Source: a virus. Taken from it: 64,000 nt of DNA. The notes under the pieces were generated by a model, which saw only the letters and a list, made by a program, of their open reading frames with translations, searched no databases and was not told the origin of the DNA. Position 1 is the stretch's first letter. Each line of letters opens with the position of its first letter. A program made the translations under genes and the position numbers. This document shows, piece after piece, positions 41,384 to 53,366 of the stretch. The stretch lies in the IMG/VR virus record IMGVR_UViG_3300019487_000017. The stretch is one strand, 5' to 3'.

Positions 41384-42357
41384 ATGGCTAGAAACCTTAG
41401 TAAAGAAGAACGTACAAACCTTATAAATCTATATATTAGTGGTTTAACATATAGGGAATTACACGAAAAGACAGGTTATAGTCAGTCAACTATTGCAACG
41501 TGGTGCAAAGGTATTAGAAGTATTTCTGAATCTGTCAAAAAAGCAAGACAAACTGGCAAATATATCTTAACTGAAGATGGCAGACAAAAATTAAGTGATG
41601 CAGCAAAATCAAGACTACAAAAAAGTAGAAAAATTTGGACAAAACCGGAACAGGAATTGGATTTCCTGATGAGTTAAAAGAAATACTTAATGTAGAAAAT
41701 GATGCAAATGCCATTATTTATTGTCAATATCCATTGCAAAGATATGTATGTGATTTTGTAGATATTAATAATAAAATAGTCTATCTTGTAAATGGTGATT
41801 TTTGGCATGCTAATCCTATATTGTATGATAAAGATAAATTAACAAAAGTTCAAAAACATAATAGACGACATGATAAAAATCGTAGGATATATTTAGAAAC
41901 GAAAGGTTTTGTAGTTTATGAGATATGGGAAAGCGAAGTATTGTGGAATAAAGATGTAGTTAAAGAAAAAATTCGGGCGTCGAGGAAGCGGGTGACTCCG
42001 GCTGTTTTACACGCAGTTTTAGCTGAGTTCGAGTCTCAGGATGCCCATAAAGATTGGTCAGAGCAATTAAGATCTATTTGGTTTAAAAAGCCAAAAGAGA
42101 AGAAAATTACGCGATTGCTCTGCAAACAATGCGGCAAAGAGTTTTCTGTGTCATTTGCCAATAAGAAACTTTTAAGACGGCAATATTGTGGTAAAAAATG
42201 TTTTAATATAGATAATCGTGTTGTTGAACGTCCGTCCAAAGAACAATTGGAAAAAGATATTAAAAATATGTCAATATGTGCAACTGGGCATAAATACAAT
42301 GTGTCAGATAATACAGTGAGAAAGTGGATAAAGCATTATGACAGAGGAAAGTTATAG
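41384..42357 (+). pseudogene. Frameshift-split Vsr/DUF559-like homing-type endonuclease with N- and C-terminal HTH and zinc ribbon
   Basis: 41384-41677 HTH...WTKPEQ; 41635-42357 QYP..YVCDF, NGDFWH, DKNRRIYLETKGFVVYEIWESE, CKQC, VSDNTVRKW. Confidence 0.65.
41975..42047 (+). tRNA. tRNA-Val (TAC) nested within the endonuclease ORF
   Basis: GGGCGTC/GATGCCC-A; GGA/TCC D stem; GCTGT-TTTACAC-GCAGT; CTGAG-TTCGAGT-CTCAG; GC-rich island in AT-rich ORF. Confidence 0.8.
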
Positions 42358-42660
42358 ACATGTAGGAATGTCCGGGAATATTATGAAGCAGCACCGCCCA
42401 TTAAAATATCTCCTGAATATCATTTTCTTTATCTAAAGATATTATGTCGAATGAATCCAAAGAACAAAAATCCGAAGTGGATTCAAATTTCCCATACATA
42501 GCGTTTACGAACCATCCGGCATGGAAAATTATGGAAGATGCACTTTGTGAACTTGAGAATAACTCTGATTTACAGATTCAAACTTCGCAACGCTATATCG
42601 TAGGCTTCTTGTTAAAATCTTTGATGGATAAAAATATCCTTTCTTCTACGTAAATTTATC

Positions 42661-43227
42661 ATGATAAACGAAACAAATGAATCTGGTAAAATAGGTATTT
42701 GTTCTAACTACCAATTCTTCTTAAAAGGCTATTTGTCACAATGGTTTAAATCGTATTTTGTGGATAAGGAAGGGACTATTTATAATTGTTGTGAACAATA
42801 TATGATGGCTCAAAAAGCCATTATATGCAGAGATACAGATACATTACAAGCTATACTTGCTTCTTCATCTCCTGCAGAGCAAAAATCTCTTGGTAGAAAA
42901 GTTAAAGGCTTTGTAGAAGATAACTGGAAGGTCGTAAGAGAAGATGTTGTTTTTCAGGGTAACTTGTATAAATTTTCTCAAAATGAAGATTTTAAACAAA
43001 AATTGCTTAACACGAAAGATAAAATATTGGTTGAAGTAAATCCTAAAGATTCCATTTGGGGTATTGGATTAAGTATCGATGATCCTGAGATATATGATGA
43101 AACTAAATGGAGAGGATTAAATCTTTTAGGCAATGCAATCATGAAAGTAAGAGAACGATTGTTGGCTTTAGAAGAAACTAAAAAGTTAAACAAGTTCTCT
43201 ATTAATAGTGCTTCCTTTGTTGATTAA
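42661..43227 (+). CDS. NADAR (YbiA-like) family protein
   Basis: LSQWF, EQYMMAQKA, KSLGRKV, KFSQN, LVEVNPKDSIWGIG, WRGLNLLGNAIMKVR. Confidence 0.9.
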   Translation: MINETNESGKIGICSNYQFFLKGYLSQWFKSYFVDKEGTIYNCCEQYMMAQKAIICRDTDTLQAILASSSPAEQKSLGRKVKGFVEDNWKVVREDVVFQGNLYKFSQNEDFKQKLLNTKDKILVEVNPKDSIWGIGLSIDDPEIYDETKWRGLNLLGNAIMKVRERLLALEETKKLNKFSINSASFVD

Positions 43228-43230
43228 TAT

Positions 43231-43305
43231 GGGTGCGTGGACAAGCCTGGAGTTGTCGCTTCCCTGTCACGGAAGAGATCGCGAGTTCAAATCTCGTCGC
43301 ACCCG
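43231..43305 (+). tRNA. tRNA-Asp (GTC)
   Basis: GGGTGCG/CGCACCC-G; CTTCC-CTGTCAC-GGAAG. Confidence 0.9.
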
Positions 43306-43631
43306 CTTGTTATAAGTTATTAGTTTCACTTGTACAAAGGAAAAAGATATGGAAATCCGCCGAGGCACACCGCCACAAACCGTTGAACGTACTGTTGATA
43401 TCGATTTTAGCGAAGATGATGTTTTACTTGCGCTTACGTTATATCTGAAAACAACACAAAAATCAGATCGTTTTAAATTAGATAACATATCTTTTGAATC
43501 AGGTGATAATGGACCTACTAATGTTAGAGTAACTGGTATAGAAGTTATTCCTCTACGTTGGCCTGAAACAACTACTTTAGTTGATAAGGATGAGAAGACT
43601 ATCCAGCCAACTCAAACCGAAGCTGCTTAAA

Positions 43632-43982
43632 ATGGACGATAAGACCAGAACAACATTGCGGTTTCTTCGTGAAGCCGCAATTAAAGCTGCTGGTACTAAT
43701 ATCAGAGATCCACATGCTTCTCCATTGGAAGGCTATTGTGCTTCAGTATCAGTTATTGTTAGAGGCATATTAGGTGGGGATTTAGTAACTGGCAAAATTG
43801 ATAATTGCAGGCATTATTGGAACCGTTTACCTTCAGGTGAAGAAGTTGATTTAACTAGTTGTCAATTTGGGGGAGATGGTTTGAATCCTTTAAAGAAAGG
43901 AAGAAAAACAAAATCTCCAGAGTTGACAGATTTTGGCACAATATGCTTTGGTCAATTGATGTTAGAATACCTTAGAGAATAG
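43632..43982 (+). CDS. YunG-like / papain-fold small protein
   Basis: GYCASVS, LGGDL, HYWNRL, DLTSCQF (Cys-His-Asp arrangement). Confidence 0.55.
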   Translation: MDDKTRTTLRFLREAAIKAAGTNIRDPHASPLEGYCASVSVIVRGILGGDLVTGKIDNCRHYWNRLPSGEEVDLTSCQFGGDGLNPLKKGRKTKSPELTDFGTICFGQLMLEYLRE

Positions 43983-44367
43983 TAAGTATGAAGCATAAAG
44001 TAGCGTTAATCCTCATACATGAAAGTTATGATTATACTTCAGAAAATGATTATAAGAAGGTAATTCCTTTTTATGTAACAGATTGGACAGAAGTTACAGA
44101 TGAAGAACTTAAGTTACTTAATAGCGCAAGATATCGACATGGAAATTATGTAGTAATTGAGTGCATTAAGAATCAGGATCAATTTATAGCTGAAACTGTA
44201 AAGGATCAGCTTAAGTATATTGAAAGTTTAAAAGAAAAAGAAGAGCAGCGTAGGAAGATATTAGAAAAACAAAAATTGGAAAAGAAAAAGAAAAGAGAAC
44301 AAAAGCAGAGAATATCAGAAAAAGAACAGTACGAAATTTTGAAAAAGAAGTTTGAAAAATAATTGTT

Positions 44368-44440
44368 GCCCCTATCATCTAATGGTTTAGGATTCTAGGT
44401 TCTCAGCCTAGTCATGCCGGTTCGAATCCGACTAGGGGTA
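44368..44440 (+). tRNA. tRNA-Glu (CTC)
   Basis: GCCCCTA/TAGGGGT; CTAGG-TTCTCAG-CCTAG; TTCGAAT. Confidence 0.88.
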
Positions 44441-44455
44441 TTTAAAGAGATTCAA

Positions 44456-44920
44456 ATGATTCCAACACTGGAACAAATTAAATTAGTACGCAACCAAACT
44501 CAACGTACTATATCGGATATTCGTAAAGCTTTTAATTCTGTAGATACATTCGATTATGTATTTGATGCTTTAAAAGACATTTCCCAAAACAATTCTTTAT
44601 CTAAAAACAACAGACCTAAAATTTATAAATTACACTCTTATTGTCATTATAATGGTCGGTGTGCTTGCATAGCAAAATTTTCCTGCGAAACAGATTTTGT
44701 AGCAAATAATCCACTATTTAAACAAATGATGCATGATGTTTGTATGCATTTAGCTACTTGCTTAAGTTTTCAAGATAGAACATTTTATGAGTCTTATGAA
44801 GTATATAAAATGCCATTTATAAAAGACGATAAAAAGAATTTAGCACAAGTATTGGAAGAAACATCTTCAATAACAGGCGAAAAGATAGAACTGATTGAAT
44901 ACACGGTAAAACATATCTAA
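44456..44920 (+). CDS. tsf: Short, divergent elongation factor Ts homolog
   Basis: IKLVRNQT..ISDIRKA N-domain; SYCH, CETDFVA, HDVCMHLA, PFIKD, GEKIE. Confidence 0.75.
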   Translation: MIPTLEQIKLVRNQTQRTISDIRKAFNSVDTFDYVFDALKDISQNNSLSKNNRPKIYKLHSYCHYNGRCACIAKFSCETDFVANNPLFKQMMHDVCMHLATCLSFQDRTFYESYEVYKMPFIKDDKKNLAQVLEETSSITGEKIELIEYTVKHI

Positions 44921-45637
44921 TGAGGTTTTTATCATGTCTTTATGTTATAACAGCAATAACAAAACAATTGGTTCATTGGTTATAGTCCAATCGGATCGTA
45001 TAATACGCGCTTGTGAGCAGGTATTAAAAGCAATTAAACAAAAAAGGGATAAGGAAAAGAAAGAATATTATGATGGGGAGATAGCACGTATTAAGAAGAA
45101 ACAAAAGCGATTTAGTTGGTTTTTAAAACAAAAAACAGATGAAGAAATTGTTGCATATATAGACAAAGACTTGAAAGATGATTATCGTAAAGCGTTGTTT
45201 ATTCGTTGCCAGTGGGAATATGCTTTTAGTGATGACGAACATATTGCGAATAGTCTTTTACGAGTTGCTAAAAAAGAAAAGAAACTTTTCTTAAGTGAAC
45301 AATATTACAACACTATTTTTTCTATATTTTGGGAGACAGCAACATGGTAATCGATGAACCAACTTTAGCTTCAATTCATGTATTAACAGAGAATACTGAG
45401 GATATTGAATATTCTTATGTAGAGTTAACATATAAAATACCAGTTACCGAAGATATATCTGAGTTATATCATAAACTTGTAAAACATAGTAAGGAACAAT
45501 CTAAACATCCATATTTGATAAGGCATTTGTCAAATGCTGGTCAAAACTGTAATATAGTTGCTATAGTAATAAAGCAATCAAATATGTTGGGTTTTCATGA
45601 AAATATGATGAAGTTTTTTAAATCAAAAAACACTGAA

Positions 45638-45711
45638 CAGGGTGTAGCTTAGTTTGGTAAAGCGTCTGGTTCGGGACCAGAAGAGCGGAGGTTCAAATCC
45701 TCTCACCCTGA
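45638..45711 (+). tRNA. tRNA-Pro (CGG)
   Basis: CAGGGTG/CACCCTG-A; TCTGG-TTCGGGA-CCAGA; overlaps the stop of ORF 45329-45652. Confidence 0.92.
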
Positions 45712-46654
45712 TTTATCATATGTTCATAGAATGTGTATTGTTAGGTTTTATAATAACTTGTATTCTTTCCCTATCTTTTGGTTTTAAGAATGCAATAAAA
45801 ATCCCCGGTGGTGCTATTGGTGCGGCTGTAATAATAGGAATTACAAACAACGCTTTTATAATGGCGTTAATTGGCGGATTAACAGGATATTGTTTGTACA
45901 TTCTCTTATATGTGTTTTACAAGAAGATATACAATTCAAAACAGGTATAGTAATGCCAAAAGATGATCCTAATAGTGTGGCGTATTGGAAAGAATTATAT
46001 AAGCAATGGAAAGAAATTTCTGATACATGGGAAAATATTTCCAGGGAAAAAGAAAAATCTGCTATACAAGCTAGATCTCTGTTGTTAGCAGCATCTATAC
46101 TTCACGCCGACTGTCCTCATTTAGACAAATATTCAAAATTATTGCGTACACTATTTGTAGCAGCTGATTCTGTGTATGTTACTACAAAAGTCAGTTCAGT
46201 TTCTGATGAAAAAATACATAGTATTATGGCTGCAATAAGAAATCTAAATGAGGCTCTTATAGCAGATGGCTTGCAAAGCATTAGAATAGATGATATATAA
46301 TAAATTATGAATGAGTTAGTAAAAGATCCTGCAAAACCAGATGATATTCGCGAAGCTGGATGGATGGTTGCGGTTCACAATGATTATCGTTTGAATGGTT
46401 CGTTTTATACCTTTTGGTTATTTACACAGGGAGAACGGGCTGTAAAAGGGGAAGGACAGACAGATGCAGCAGCTCTTGAAGAAATACGATTAAAAATTGG
46501 TCTACCGCTGCTTTTAAATAGTTGAATCTGGTTGGATGTTTCTCCAGAATATAAATAGTCGCATAATAGGTGGTATGGAGGTAAGATGTTTCAGATATTA
46601 AATGAGTGAGCGATCTCTTTTCGCAACGCTATGCGTTAGAAAGGAGGTTGCCAC

Positions 46655-46801
46655 ATGAAATGGACAACCCGTAAGCCTAACGGCGATTACGTCGTTCACT
46701 TTATTGATAGTGGTGTGGTTCATAACCCACCGCCGTCAACTCCACGAGGGAGACGACGTGCCGCAAGGCGTCAGGCTAAATCCCAGCCTGAAAAGAAATA
46801 A
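46655..46801 (+). CDS. 48-aa basic small protein (not in ORF track)
   Basis: RBS AAAGGAGG; MKWTTRKPNGDYVVHFIDSGVVHNPPPSTPRGRRRAARRQAKSQPEKK; followed by hairpin AACTGCCACCTGT/ACAGGTGGCAGTT. Confidence 0.7.
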   Translation: MKWTTRKPNGDYVVHFIDSGVVHNPPPSTPRGRRRAARRQAKSQPEKK

Positions 46802-47737
46802 GAATTGGGATAACTGCCACCTGTTGAAAGACAGGTGGCAGTTTGTAAATATATCTCTAAGACATATGAAAACAATCAAACCATTTAAATATGTTGACGA
46901 ATTGGATTGCTTCATTATTAATGATGAATTTGCAAATCTTGCAGCTCGTTTAGGATTGCAGGAATGGAGTAGTGTTGTTTGGTTAGGAAGATATTTTGCT
47001 TTAGATAATGATTACGGAGAACATTGGTTTGATAATTGGGATGAAAGAGAAGTTATAACTAAAAAAGCAAAACAATTGGGATTGCCTTATGCAGACGAAG
47101 ACCTATTAATAATTGTCCCAAAACGTTTCTCTAATGGATATGACGGTCCATGTCATACTGATGAAATGAGAAAGAAATTTTGGACCGAAGTATTAAAATC
47201 CCTTAGTTTCTCATATGAATTTTTATTTACAGAGGCAATGGATACATATCAAAAGTATAAACAACATGATGAGAAAGCCTTTAACCCATCTGAACAGATA
47301 AAGTTAATCAGTGAGAGTCTAAAAAATATTAATATTTCTCATCGTATAAAGCAGAAAGTTTATACAGTTTATGTACAGTTAACATGTGTATGGGGAAAGG
47401 GAGCTGGACAAAAGTTTAAACCAGAAAAAATAAAAGAATTTAATCAATTATGGAAGGCACGATTATATAAATGGTGGACAGAAATGAACGATAATAGATG
47501 GGCAAAAGAATATTGGATAGAAGAGGGTTACGCCAATGATTAAAAACAAAGTTACTCGTAGGATTATCTTGCTGGTTATTTTTGTTCCACTTTTTATATT
47601 TGCAGTATGTGAAGATGTATTTTGGCCCATTATAAAACAGTTGTTTCGTGCTGTTATAAGAATTCCCTACTCTGTCGTCCAAAAATGGAAAGAGTATTGT
47701 TATAAAATTAAAACCGAATGTTGGTAGGAGTTTATAA

Positions 47738-48145
47738 ATGGAAAATGATATAGACATTGAAACAAATAAAAAATCAAAGTTTTTACGTTATGGAACTGTT
47801 GTAATATTATCGCTTATCACTATTATTGGTCTAGGCTTTTATGCTTCATTGAAGATTACTTATAGTAATGGCGGAAGAAGCGGTTACATTCGTAAATTCA
47901 GTGAAAAAGGTTTTGTTTTTAAAACATTTGAGGGAGAATTAGATAAACGTATTCAGGGTGGAACTTATGATCAAAGAGACATTTTTGAATTTAGCGTAGC
48001 AGATAAGAATGTAGCTAATAAAATAATTGAAGCAGAAAAGACAGGTAAATGGGTTACAATTCATTATAAAGAGCATTTGTATCCTGTTTTTTGGAGAGGT
48101 GAGACACCTTATATAGTTAATGATGTAAGTGTTTCAGAGAAATAG
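47738..48145 (+). CDS. Single-TM exported protein
   Basis: TM helix then YSNGGRSG..KFSEKGFVFKTFEGEL, FEFSV. Confidence 0.6.
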   Translation: MENDIDIETNKKSKFLRYGTVVILSLITIIGLGFYASLKITYSNGGRSGYIRKFSEKGFVFKTFEGELDKRIQGGTYDQRDIFEFSVADKNVANKIIEAEKTGKWVTIHYKEHLYPVFWRGETPYIVNDVSVSEK

Positions 48146-49569
48146 TGGATAATCAAATCGTTCCAAATGCAACGATATTATGTTATATTGCTATCATAGC
48201 AATAATATTTCTTTTTATCTATATAATAATAGTATCTTCGGATTCCGGGGAAGAAGATAATGGATGGTAGATTTATGAATGCTGAAGAGAATTTTGATCG
48301 CATCATTTTGATTGGGGTTATATGTTTTATTATTTTGTGTGTTGGATTAGTTGTTTTAAAAGAGATAATTAGATCGATTTGGACTTGTCGTTCCCAGGGA
48401 CCGTTCTTACATTTTTGTGTTCATGAAGATAAAGACCATATCCGATGTGCAAAGTGCAATATCCGTTGGTATGCTGCATCTCGAAATGCATCTATATTAA
48501 GTGATGGTGATCCTGATAGTTGTTTAATTAACTGGAATAGAATCATTAGTAACAGATATGGGGAATGGATCTTCTTGGTGTTCCAATTGTAATTGTGATT
48601 TAACAGCATATTTGAGTACGCATATTTCTCCGGCAGAATCGTTATCATGTCCTACTTGTCAAAAGCAGTTAAGATATGGCAAAATTGAACCTTATCAATT
48701 TGGTGGTTCTGATTACTAGGAGATGGGATGAAATATAAGCGTCTATTTATTTTGTTATTATTAAGTCTTATTGCAACAAATTGTGATAATCCTGATAATT
48801 ACAAACTTACTTCTGTTAACACCAATTCAGATGTATTAGGAGCGCAAATCAATAAAAAAGAATTTGAAGGTCACGATTATTTAATATTCGAATTTCGCAA
48901 TAATCATGGATATCTTTGTGCCGTACATGATCCAAATTGCAAACATAGAACATGTAGGCAAATAAATTCTGTTTTGATTGAATCCAGCATGAGAAGAACA
49001 AATGCCAACCAGTAAGCGAGATAAAAAGATACAAAAGATTAGATCTGATGCTGCTTACGAAAAGGAAAAGCGGGAACAAGGTGAAGCTGTATTTGAAGAA
49101 GCACGTTCTATGGGATTAAGTCTAAATTTTAATAATGATTGTATCAAATATCGTAAAATTAAAAGGGAACAGAAAGAATTGTATAGGAGAATATATGATA
49201 CCAAATAAAATCAATGAATTTAATGTTGAAGTCTTGCATTTAACCGAGCAATATATAAATATTATGGATAATAGCACTTCTGCATATTTAAAATACGGAA
49301 ATGGAGAACTTTGGATACCTTTTTTCCACTTTAATAAAAATGGGAAGATTATACCCCACCGAGATATTAAATCTGGAAAACAAAAATCTTTTCCAGCAAA
49401 AGATGAATGGATCAGACCTATCTTGATGGATGTGTATTTCGCATCTAAAAATGATAAAGATAAAAACCTATATCTTTACATTATTACTAATGAAAAAGAC
49501 AATTCAATTGGTATTTGTTCTTCGGAACATCCATTATCTCCAGAACTAGCGGCATAAATAAGGTCTAAA

Positions 49570-49926
49570 ATGGAACGTATCGCAGATACTGAATTCGATA
49601 AGCTAGAACTTAAGATTGGTTTAATTACTGGAGGTTGTATTCATCCGCAAGATGAACAATTTCTAGTTTTAAGTGTTAATTGCGGAGAAAGAGATTCTAC
49701 AAATTTGCCTTATGATAGACATATTTGTGTAGATATCAGAAAAGAGTTTGAAAATGAGATTTATAAGTTAATGGGGAAACAAGTGGTTGTTATTACCAAT
49801 CTTAAACCAAAAGTAATTAAAGGCATTGAAAGTAACAGCACTATACTGACTGCAAAAGATTATTTTGATAACAAAACTCTAATTATGCCACAGGGATCAA
49901 CATTTCCAGGAGCCAGGGTACAATAA
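49570..49926 (+). CDS. Stand-alone OB-fold tRNA-binding domain (Trbp111/CsaA/MetRS C-terminal family)
   Basis: FDKLELKIG, HP, LMGKQVVVITNLKPKVIKGIESN, PGARV. Confidence 0.8.
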   Translation: MERIADTEFDKLELKIGLITGGCIHPQDEQFLVLSVNCGERDSTNLPYDRHICVDIRKEFENEIYKLMGKQVVVITNLKPKVIKGIESNSTILTAKDYFDNKTLIMPQGSTFPGARVQ

Positions 49927-52900
49927 TGAGAAAATGGAAATTTAGAAATCTTTCGTTCTCTTTAAGAACAAAGAGTATTAGTAAAAAGAAAAAATCATTT
50001 TTACTAAAATGGTTGCCTTGGGAACAAAGTCCGAACCCCGGCATTCGTTTTATAATGAATCGTTGTGGCATTAAAAGTGTTAGTTTATCCATTTTTAAAT
50101 CATGGAAAAACAATAAGTGGCAATTTCATTTTGGACCCGCTTGGAAGGCATAATATGATAAATCTTACAGAAAAAGCAAGATCAATTTGTTCTGACCTGG
50201 AAAAGAACGGTTTTAATGGAGTTTATTTTCATAAGGCAAAAGTAGAGGAAAAAGTTCTCTCTGATTATTGGTCAGAATTTGATAAAGAAGGTGAATTGAC
50301 CCCAAAACAATTTGATAAATATTGTCGCGATTATGTTTGTTTTATAACAGAACCAGATATTCCATACGATCTAATGCATCGTGGTTATGAGAATTCTCCC
50401 TATGTTGAACAAGCATCATTTAGCGAAACGACTTTTCTAGATGATCTAGAAGCATTTGTTAAAAAACAATTTAAGAGAGATATTAAAGTTACATTTCGCA
50501 GAGGCTCAATATTCGAATTTGAAGTAATACGAGAAAAGAGTTTAGCTAAATATATTAAATGAAAAAATTGCCTGTAATATTTTTGTTACTGATAAATGGT
50601 TGTTTGAGCCATAGAAAAACAACGAATTTTGAACCAATAAAAATCTTACAAAATTATCCCTATGCAGCTGTTTACAATGAGCAAAACAGTGGGGATGTAG
50701 TTAATGATTTGGAAGTAACTGATATATTTAGCATATCTCTAGTTGAACCATCTTCGATAAAAGACTATAAATGGGAAAATCATCAATCTGAAGTTTCATC
50801 ATTGGTTTTACGCGAAGTACGTAAAGAAAGAAGCAGTGATTCAGCAGATGATAATATAGTTACTTTTGTTTATCAGATAGTAGATACACAACCATCTCTG
50901 CTTGCAATACGTTTAGAAAACGACATATCTTCCAAAATTGCAGAATTTGAGCTATTTGTTGTTCCGAAAAAATCTCGGCTTTTAGATAGAAATAAGTAGT
51001 AGACTCTCCAGAAAAACCTTTAATTCTGTTATAAAGGATAAGAGGTAAAATATGAAGAATCTGATTAAACGTGCTTCTCAAAGAAAAAAGAAAATAAAGC
51101 GTCATACTAAGCCGTACACTCCTGGCGAATATGTATCTAAAATATTCCCTAACTCTTCTAAAGATTTTATTGAACATATCATTTGGGGATTAACAGGATA
51201 CCCGTACTTTTGGAATATTTCAAAAGATGGGAAGACTCCTTATCAATGTTTTACTAAACAAGTCAGAGAAGTTAAAGCTAAATTGAATAAAGGCATTAGT
51301 ATTGATCAACAAACTTTTGAGAGCTGGGATAGACCTCTTGCTAAAGGGCGCGAGGACGATTTTAAAGAATTACGTACCAAAATCGTAAACTCTGATAATT
51401 ATAACGAAGACCGAGAAATTTCAATGGAGTTATATCAACAAGGGCTAAGCAAGATAAAATCAAAAGATGAGTTACTTAAAGCCATAGATGAAGAAATTAG
51501 TAGAGCGAGTCACTCTCAAGTTTATATTCCTCGTAATGATACACAACCCGTAGCAATATAAAATGAAATGGCAGACAGCGGCAAAACTAAATCGCGCAAA
51601 ACATGCGACCAGGACGCATAGGAAGGATGGTTCTGCAGACAGGTTTGTTATGTTATGGGATTCAAAGCAATATAATAATGCAAACTTTGTTGGACGGGTT
51701 GATCCTAAAACAATGGAGTCAGTATCAAAATTAGGTCTATGGGAACATGATTTTTCTCCTTGGACTGAGTATCAAGATACTACGATAGAACATTGGTGGC
51801 TTGTGGAGGAAGTAGCAAATGATTAACGAACAGGTTTTTACAAAGATTGAAGATAATTTTGTTATTATTCAAACTCGTGTTAAAGAAAAAAGTGTGCAAA
51901 AAATAACAAGTGAGTTAATCTTGACAAAACCTATGGCTTTAAGATTATCTAACCAGCTTAATAACTTAGGTTTCACAAAATATCATAAGGCAAAGAAGAT
52001 ATCTTTTAGTACTCCAGAATCATTCTAATTATATGCAATACTTCTTTTTACTTTATAGTAGCGCTATTGATACTCTGGAATTGGAAGATTTCAGACAGAG
52101 TATAGTAGCAGAAGGTATAAAGATTATAGAAGAAGAGGATAGAGCTATTTTATGTCAAGGTGATTCTCAAAAGGCTAAAATACTTATAGAGCCATTTTTA
52201 GGAGAATGGTCAATTCAATTAATTAAACAGAAAAGTGATAAATAGATATGGGCAACGTAGAATTTTTAAAGAAAATCAAAGAAATAGGATATATGTTTGA
52301 TGCTGGCTGTGAAATTTCTATTAGCGCAGATAATGATATCTTTTGTATTACTGGATATGATTACGATCCTAATGATAATGGCGACAAAGAACCAAACGCA
52401 TATATTACCTATATTTATGATGTAGACTTAAAAACTGACGATGATGATAATATAGTTGATACCTTAACCCCTGTTTTACAACAAATAATAAAAGATAGGG
52501 ATAAGAGATTTACAGAAGCAATGAAAAGAAAAAATGGAATCACAGAATAAATTAAAAGAGGCTCAATTAGCATACGAAAAATCATTTACAGCATTAATAC
52601 AAATTAAAAACCAAATGACTGACTTGATGCATAAATATTTAGAAGAATGCCGTAATTTTGCAGATAAAAAAGCCTCATATCATATTCTATTAAAAGAGCA
52701 AACAAATGAACGCCCAGATGTTCCTTAGAGATTTAGTAGATCTTTGTTCAAGATATAACGTTAAATTTTCTGATATCCAAAACGGGGAAGTAACAATTGG
52801 ATATGATAAAGTTCTTTTAAATACATTAGTCATAGATAAGAATATATACAGCGCTCAAATTGTGCAACATATAGAAGAATCTATCGGATATGATATGAAT

Positions 52901-53113
52901 GCTTCACCTCAACGCCCGATTGTAAGAATTATACATGCTGGAGAACATCCTAAAAATTGCTGTTTAATTTGTAGATCTTCTTTGCAGACTAAATGGTGGG
53001 GATTAATAAGAACTGATAAATGCATAAATCCTTCGTGTTCAAACTATTATGATAGAGGATTTGAAGTATTACAACCAACTCCAGAAGAATCAGCGTTATC
53101 TAATATTGGAAAC

Positions 53114-53366
53114 GAATAATCAAGCGTTCCGCGCTTACGCTGTCTCTATTCATTTAGAGATAGAGGAACTTCAAGGCATCACTGCTCGCTGAGGGAGACC
53201 TATAAAGTCGTTCGTACCACAGCCGATGAAACCTCATGCAGACTGAGCCGGTGTAGCAGGGCGATCACAGTCGGGTAGAGGGATTAGACAAATGTAAGTG
53301 ACTCTGTTTCTTTTATAAGAGACAGGGATAAAACAGAACTTTGGGTATGAGAACGCTTGGTTATTC
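53114..53366 (+). ncRNA. rnpB: Compact RNase P RNA (bacterial-like, reduced specificity domain)
   Basis: P1 AATAATCAAGCGTTC/GAACGCTTGGTTATT; P2 CGCTTAC/GTAAGTG; P3; CR-I GAGGAACTTCAAGG pairing with CR-V ACAGAACTTTGGGTA (bulged U); L15-like CGGGTAG; CR-IV TAGACAAATG; P19. Confidence 0.8.

Noticed and set aside
37510-45950. ORF starts at 37510, 38147, 43233, 44414, 45654 and minus ORF 40112-40297
   Set aside because: They begin in or overlap tRNA genes; true starts are downstream (e.g. 37570, 38201, 44456) or the ORFs are spurious
46704-46865. N-terminal extension of ORF 46704-47543
   Set aside because: Overlaps the 48-aa ORF and its terminator; the likely start is MKTIKPF at 46866
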